A stretch of DNA of 63,716 nucleotides. Origin: Polyangia bacterium (lineage in GTDB: Bacteria > Myxococcota_A > Polyangia > Fen-1088). The stretch covers positions 1 to 63,716 of the forward strand of contig JBJMQQ010000033.1 of assembly GCA_045802645.1 (NCBI GenBank), written 5' to 3'. Position numbers and translations under genes: made by a program. This document shows positions 59,457-63,716 of this stretch, piece by piece. The notes under the pieces are model-generated. The model was not told the DNA's origin and searched no databases. It saw only the letters and a list, made by a program, of their open reading frames with translations. Each line of letters starts with the position of its first letter. The stretch's first letter is position 1.

Positions 59457-61634
59457 TCACTCTCCACCGCCCGCGGGCGTGAGGACGAAGGGATAAGAGA
59501 CGATGACGATACCGCCACCGAGGGGCTTCGGGAACTCCCACCGGCGGACAGCCTGGACGGTGCAGTTCTCGACGCGGGCGTTGCCCATCGTGGAGTTCTG
59601 CAGAACCGACGCGATGACCTGACCCGAGGCTGCGATGGTGAACTGCACCATGATGCGGCCGCCGAGCTCCGGCTTCTTCGTCAGCTCCTGCTCGTAGCAG
59701 TACTTCACCTCGTTGATGTGGCGCCGAATGATGCGGCGGATGATCTCCTTGTCGAGCGAACCGCGAACGTTCGCCTGACCGGGGATGACGTCGGGCGCCT
59801 TGGCGCGACGGCCACCGAGACCACCGGCGCCGCGGCCGTAGCCCGAGCCGTTGCCGCCGCCGCCACCCTTGCCGATCGTGCCGAGGTTACCGAGGCCGAT
59901 GGTGCCTTCGCCGGTGCCACCGCCGCCCGAACCGGTGCCGACCAGGCCGAGACCGCCGACGCCGTAGGCCTCGCCGATCTGGTTGCCGATCAGACCGCCG
60001 AGGACGTCAGCCGCGTCGTTGCCCATCGCGGTGTCGCGGCCGAAGATCGAGGCGATGTGCGAGCCCTCGGTCTGCTTGAGGACGCCCAAGATGCCGGCGT
60101 TCTTCGCCTGCTCTTCGGCGAGCTTCTTCGCGAGGTGCGGATCCGGGTTGTCCTTCGGACCCTTCAGGCCGTACAGACCCTCCTTGTTCTTGGAGGTCTT
60201 CTTGCCCATCTTGCCTTCTTCGCCCTTGTGGCGCTTGCCCTTGCCGCCCTGCTGATCGTCCTTCTTCGACTTCAGCCACTCGGGGATGTCTTCCTCTTTC
60301 TCCTCCGGCGGCTTGATCAGGAACTTCACGAACCGGTTGTCGGAGTTGAAGAGATCGAGCGACAGCGACTTCGGGTCCGGCGGGACCGAGAAGATCATCA
60401 GCAGGAACAGGCCGAGCGCGACCGCCGAGCCGACCGTATAGATCTGCTCGTCCCAGCGCCAGGTCATGAACGGCACGTCGAGCGTGCGCGGGCGCGGCGT
60501 CGCGGTCACCACGAACGTTGTCTCGCCGCAATCGAGGCGCGCCGAGCCGCCCTGCGGGAGCGAGAAGCTGGACCCGCGCTGCTGCGTGAACTGCTGCAGC
60601 TGGTAGCTCTGGTTGTCGACGTACACCTCGCCGGTCATGCGGGGCGTGACGTTGACGACGTAGTCGGCGCCGGTCGCGGCGACCAGCGGGTGCGACGACG
60701 ACGGCACGTAGTCCGCAGACACCGGCGCGTCGACGTCTCCGTCGGAGCCGACGAGGAAGTTCGGGTTCGTGCGGCCGCGGCGCTTGAGGCCCATGTACGA
60801 CAGCACGCCACCGGCGAGCATGCCGCCGAAGACGAGGGCGGCGCTGGCCGGGGAGCGATCCTTCCAGTGGAAGTTCTTCGACTCCTTGCCGGCCGCCTGC
60901 CACTTCTCGTATTCGGCCTTCTCGGCGCCGACGTCCATCGCCGTGGCGACGAACATGCCGATCGCCACGACGGCCACGCCCATGCCGGCGTACAGCATCG
61001 AGGTGCCCTGGCTATGCGTATTCTTCCCCTCGGGGTTGAACAGGTGGCGGGTCCCCGTGACGACGCCGCGGAAGATGGTCTGAACCTCCATCGCGCGCGT
61101 GCCGTCGTGGACCTCGACCTCGGCGCCTGCGCCGGGCGCGCCCGAGAAGGACGGGGCGGCGTACGACTGCTGGGCCGGAGGCGCATATTGCTGCTGGGGC
61201 GGGGGCGCGTACTGCTGCTGCGGCGGGGGCGCGTAGGCCATCGGCGCGGGCGGCGCGAAGCCCCCGGCGGCCGGGCGGGCCCCGCCCCACGACTGCGGCG
61301 CGGGGGTCGCCTGCGCGGACAGCGCATCGCCGAACGTCACGATGACGCGGCAGTCACCGAACATGACCTCGTCGCCGGACTGCAGCCGCGCCTTGGTGAC
61401 GCGCTCGCCGTTGACGGTCGTCCCGCGCGTCGAGCCGAGGTCGACGACGTGGACGTCGCCCGGGCCCGTGGCCTCGATGACGCCGTGCATGCGCGACACG
61501 GTCTCATCGTCGAGACGCAGGTCCGAAGATGCGAGCTTCCCGATCTTGATCGGGCTCTGCGCGAGGACCTCCTCGCGCACCAGTTGGTCCCCTTTGTAGA
61601 TCTCGAACTTGATGGGGACGTTCGCGTCGGCCAT
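59457..61634 (-). CDS. FHA-domain / transmembrane / TonB-C-like (AgmX-PglI C-terminal domain) protein, GltG(PglI)-like
   Basis: N-terminal FHA (IKIGKLASSDLRLDDETVSRMHGVI...DLGSTRGTTVNGERV), (YAPPPQQQ)n repeats, three TM helices, Lys-rich and Gly-rich segments. C-terminal EIIRRIIRRHINEVKYCYEQEL...GGRIMVQFTIAASGQV...VRRWEFPKPLGGGIVIVSYPFVL. Confidence 0.8.
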   Translation of the reverse strand: MADANVPIKFEIYKGDQLVREEVLAQSPIKIGKLASSDLRLDDETVSRMHGVIEATGPGDVHVVDLGSTRGTTVNGERVTKARLQSGDEVMFGDCRVIVTFGDALSAQATPAPQSWGGARPAAGGFAPPAPMAYAPPPQQQYAPPPQQQYAPPAQQSYAAPSFSGAPGAGAEVEVHDGTRAMEVQTIFRGVVTGTRHLFNPEGKNTHSQGTSMLYAGMGVAVVAIGMFVATAMDVGAEKAEYEKWQAAGKESKNFHWKDRSPASAALVFGGMLAGGVLSYMGLKRRGRTNPNFLVGSDGDVDAPVSADYVPSSSHPLVAATGADYVVNVTPRMTGEVYVDNQSYQLQQFTQQRGSSFSLPQGGSARLDCGETTFVVTATPRPRTLDVPFMTWRWDEQIYTVGSAVALGLFLLMIFSVPPDPKSLSLDLFNSDNRFVKFLIKPPEEKEEDIPEWLKSKKDDQQGGKGKRHKGEEGKMGKKTSKNKEGLYGLKGPKDNPDPHLAKKLAEEQAKNAGILGVLKQTEGSHIASIFGRDTAMGNDAADVLGGLIGNQIGEAYGVGGLGLVGTGSGGGGTGEGTIGLGNLGTIGKGGGGGNGSGYGRGAGGLGGRRAKAPDVIPGQANVRGSLDKEIIRRIIRRHINEVKYCYEQELTKKPELGGRIMVQFTIAASGQVIASVLQNSTMGNARVENCTVQAVRRWEFPKPLGGGIVIVSYPFVLTPAGGGE

Positions 61635-61691
61635 GGCTGCTCTCCTCTTGCGGGTTCTTACGGGAAGCGCGCGATGGCCGTCAGCGGACTG

Positions 61692-61985
61692 CTAGACGTC
61701 CTCGAGCGACTTCAACATTTCGGGAATGAAGTCCTTGCGGATCTCGATCAGGCTGGAATGCTCCGCCTTCTTCTGCGAGCTGACGAGCTCGCCGTCCGGG
61801 CGCTGAAGGTCGCCCTCGACGGTGTCGTCCTCGAAGTCGTAGACGGTCTTGGCTTTGTACTGAACGTTGTCGTCGCCCGCGGGCGCCGCAGCGGCCGGCG
61901 CGGCCGCCTGCGCGAACACGGTCGACGGCGCAGCCAGAGCCATCCCTCCGAGAAGAGCGAAACCGATGATGAGTGGCTTCTTCAT
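61692..61985 (-). CDS. Small secreted protein (97 aa), possibly GltF-like
   Basis: Signal peptide MKKPLIIGFALLGGMALAAPSTVFA, then the conserved-looking YDFEDDTVEGDLQRPDGE...SLIEIRKDFIPEMLKSLEDV. The GltF analogy comes from position and size only. Confidence 0.55.
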   Translation of the reverse strand: MKKPLIIGFALLGGMALAAPSTVFAQAAAPAAAAPAGDDNVQYKAKTVYDFEDDTVEGDLQRPDGELVSSQKKAEHSSLIEIRKDFIPEMLKSLEDV

Positions 61986-62085
61986 GATTCGGTTCTCCTT
62001 AGTACTGCAGGAGGTCCGGCTGCTGGGTGTCAGACAACCAAAACGTCCTGCGGTTCCGTACAAAATCCGACCTTTGTCGCTTTTA

Positions 62086-62139
62086 TTAAGCCGCCGGAAG
62101 CCACTAAATGCAACACGGCTTACGTTTTCGGCGGCTTAA
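62086..62139 (-). other. Long hairpin between the TPR/KE-rich gene and the small secreted-protein gene
   Basis: Perfect 11-bp arms ttaagccgccg / cggcggcttaa with a 32-nt partly self-complementary spacer, starting 4 nt after the TAA stop. There is no clean U-tract on the minus strand. Confidence 0.4.
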
Positions 62140-62142
62140 TCC

Positions 62143-62949
62143 TTACTTCTTCTTCTTGCCGCCCTTTTTGCCAGCCGCCGGGGCCTTCTCGCCGTCCGCA
62201 GCAGCGCCATCGCCGCCCGCCGCCGGGGTCGCGCCCTTCGCGGCATCGCCAGCCGCGGCCGGAGCGCCTTTGTCGCCGCCCGACGCGCCTCCACCTTTCT
62301 TGGCCTCCGCAGCAGCCTTGTCCGCCTCCGCCTTCTTCTTCTCCTCCTCCTCCTGCTTCTTCATCTGCTCTTCCATCTGCTTCTGCTGCTCTTCGGCCTT
62401 CTTCTGCATGGCCTCGGACTCGGCCTGCATCTTCGCCGCCTCCTCGAGGGCGACGTAGATTTCGTCGATGTCCTTGATGCGCTTCTCGGCCTCCTTCTTC
62501 AGCGAATCGGAGGTGCCCGAGCCGTGCCCGAGGAACAGGCGGTAGTAATCCTGCGCCTTCTGCAGCGACGGCTTCTGGCCGTCCTTGTACTCCTGGTAGA
62601 GGAGGCCCAGGTTGAAGTAGCTCCCGCCCTGGGAAGGATCGAGGCCCTTGGCGGCGTTGTACTGCGCCTCCGCCTCGTCGATCTTCTTGTTACCGCGCAG
62701 CGCGACGCCAAGCCCGATGGCCGCCTCGAAGTTCTTCGGCTGCAGCTTGATCACGGCCCGGAAGTTTTCCTCGGCGGTGTTGTAATCGCGGTTGTTCAGC
62801 GACAGCGCCGCGAGGTTCAGGCGCGCCTCGGCGAAGTTCGGGTTCAGGCCGACCGCCTCTTTGAACTGCTTGATCGCGGGGCTGATGTTCTTCTTCTTCA
62901 GCTCGACGAGGCCGAGCGTGTTGTGGACGACCGCCAGCTGCTTCTTCAT
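62143..62949 (-). CDS. TPR protein with a Lys/Glu/Ala-rich C-terminal tail (possibly the C-terminal part of the upstream TPR gene, see findings)
   Basis: TPR units (AEARLNLAALSLNNRDYNTAEENFRAVIKLQPKNFEAAIGLGVAL...), then EEQQKQMEEQMKKQEEEEKKKAEADKAAAEAKK...KKGGKKKK. No signal peptide and no Shine-Dalgarno before the ATG. Confidence 0.6.
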   Translation of the reverse strand: MKKQLAVVHNTLGLVELKKKNISPAIKQFKEAVGLNPNFAEARLNLAALSLNNRDYNTAEENFRAVIKLQPKNFEAAIGLGVALRGNKKIDEAEAQYNAAKGLDPSQGGSYFNLGLLYQEYKDGQKPSLQKAQDYYRLFLGHGSGTSDSLKKEAEKRIKDIDEIYVALEEAAKMQAESEAMQKKAEEQQKQMEEQMKKQEEEEKKKAEADKAAAEAKKGGGASGGDKGAPAAAGDAAKGATPAAGGDGAAADGEKAPAAGKKGGKKKK

Positions 62950-63111
62950 GTCGGACGTGACGCCGGTGCCGGCCTCGCGCCCGATCTCCTTGGGCTTGGC
63001 GGCCTCATCGTCGTCGCCCTTCTTCTCGGCCTTTTCCTTCTTGCCCTTGCCGGCCTTGCCGGCTTTTCCAGCCGCCTTGTCGTTCGCCTCTTCGACCTTC
63101 TCTTCCTCGAA

Positions 63112-63716
63112 CTAGCCAGTCGCGATTTCGTCGGCCTTCTTGATGGCCTGGTTGCCGACCAGCTTGGCCATCTCCAGCATGTTCATGTCGTAATAGATGA
63201 ACGCGAGCGTGGAGAACGCCTGTAGGTTGTTGCTGTCGAGCGCGAGCACCGTGCGCAGGTTGCTCACCGCCTGGGCGACGTAGTTCCTCTTCTCTTCGCT
63301 GCTCGACGCCTTGCGCGCCTTGTCGCGCTGGATCTGCGCCATGTTGTTGCGCGCCTCGACGCTGTGGAGCGGATCCTCGTCGATGGCGCGCTTGAACAGC
63401 GATTCGGCGCGGCCGGCCTCGTTGTTCTTCCAGGCGATGTAACCGAGGTTGGTGATCGCGGGGCCGTACTTCAGGCCGTCCCAGATGCGCGCCGCTTCGT
63501 CGTCACGGCCGCATTCGTAGAGGACCGCGCCCTGGTTGAAGCGCGCTTCGACCAGTCCCGGGTTGTCGTCGGCGACGCGCTTGAACGCGTCGGAGACGCT
63601 GGAGCACTCGGACCGGGACAGGCCGTCTTCTTTCCGGGCTTCCTGGTACCGCTTCATCGCCTTCTCGAAGTCGGCGCGCGCGTCGGCGCTGATGTTGCGC
63701 TTCTTTTCCTTGGGGA
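63112..63716 (-). CDS. TPR-repeat protein, C-terminal part (GltD/AgmU-like; the gene continues past the window end)
   Basis: The frame is open from the window end (SPKEKKRNISADARADFEKAMKRYQEARKEDG...). TPR units follow (ARFNQGAVLYECGRDDEAARIWD..., AFSTLAFIYYDMNMLEMA...). It ends at the TAG at 63112-63114. Confidence 0.7.
   Translation of the reverse strand, partial: PKEKKRNISADARADFEKAMKRYQEARKEDGLSRSECSSVSDAFKRVADDNPGLVEARFNQGAVLYECGRDDEAARIWDGLKYGPAITNLGYIAWKNNEAGRAESLFKRAIDEDPLHSVEARNNMAQIQRDKARKASSSEEKRNYVAQAVSNLRTVLALDSNNLQAFSTLAFIYYDMNMLEMAKLVGNQAIKKADEIATG

Overview
High-GC (roughly 70% by eye, not computed) bacterial chromosome segment, very probably from Myxococcota. This rests on a MYXO-CTERM-type sorting tail, Agl/Glt-type motility genes, a 3502-aa TPR protein and several lipoproteins with Gly/Ser/Thr linkers. 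I support about 46 protein genes, about 90% of them on the minus strand. They are tightly packed, with many 4-nt GTGA/ATGA stop-start overlaps. I recognised no rRNA, tRNA, CRISPR array, transposase or integrase. Modules from left to right: (1) the 5' end of secA. (2) Two CDP-alcohol phosphotransferase paralogues bracketing a P-loop kinase, with an IMPase/CysQ-family phosphatase and a GT4-GMC oxidoreductase-AsnB operon upstream. (3) A five-gene operon joining a DUF1592/DUF1552 pair to a heme-less PSCyt-like lipoprotein, a 2OG-Fe(II) oxygenase and an N2227-type methyltransferase with a PqqD-like tail. (4) A nine-gene galactose (Leloir) / sugar-ABC / porin operon, plus secreted LamG and Cys-rich RCC1 lipoproteins, a ROK regulator, a MYXO-CTERM protein and galE. 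(5) A glycan locus with GT4, methyltransferase, Wzx, nucleotidyltransferase and HAD genes. (6) An Omp85 gene divergent from an MMPL/RND gene, a polytopic membrane protein and a lipoprotein. (7) A Glt-like envelope/motility module: TPR proteins, a small secreted protein, an FHA/TonB-C protein, a TPR lipoprotein and the giant TPR protein, which is followed directly by RNase Y. The most notable sequence-level oddities are a perfect 29-bp inverted repeat upstream of the giant gene, an in-frame TAG splitting a TPR reading frame, and a degenerate catalytic motif in one CDP-alcohol transferase paralogue. All family assignments come from motifs read by eye. No database search was run.
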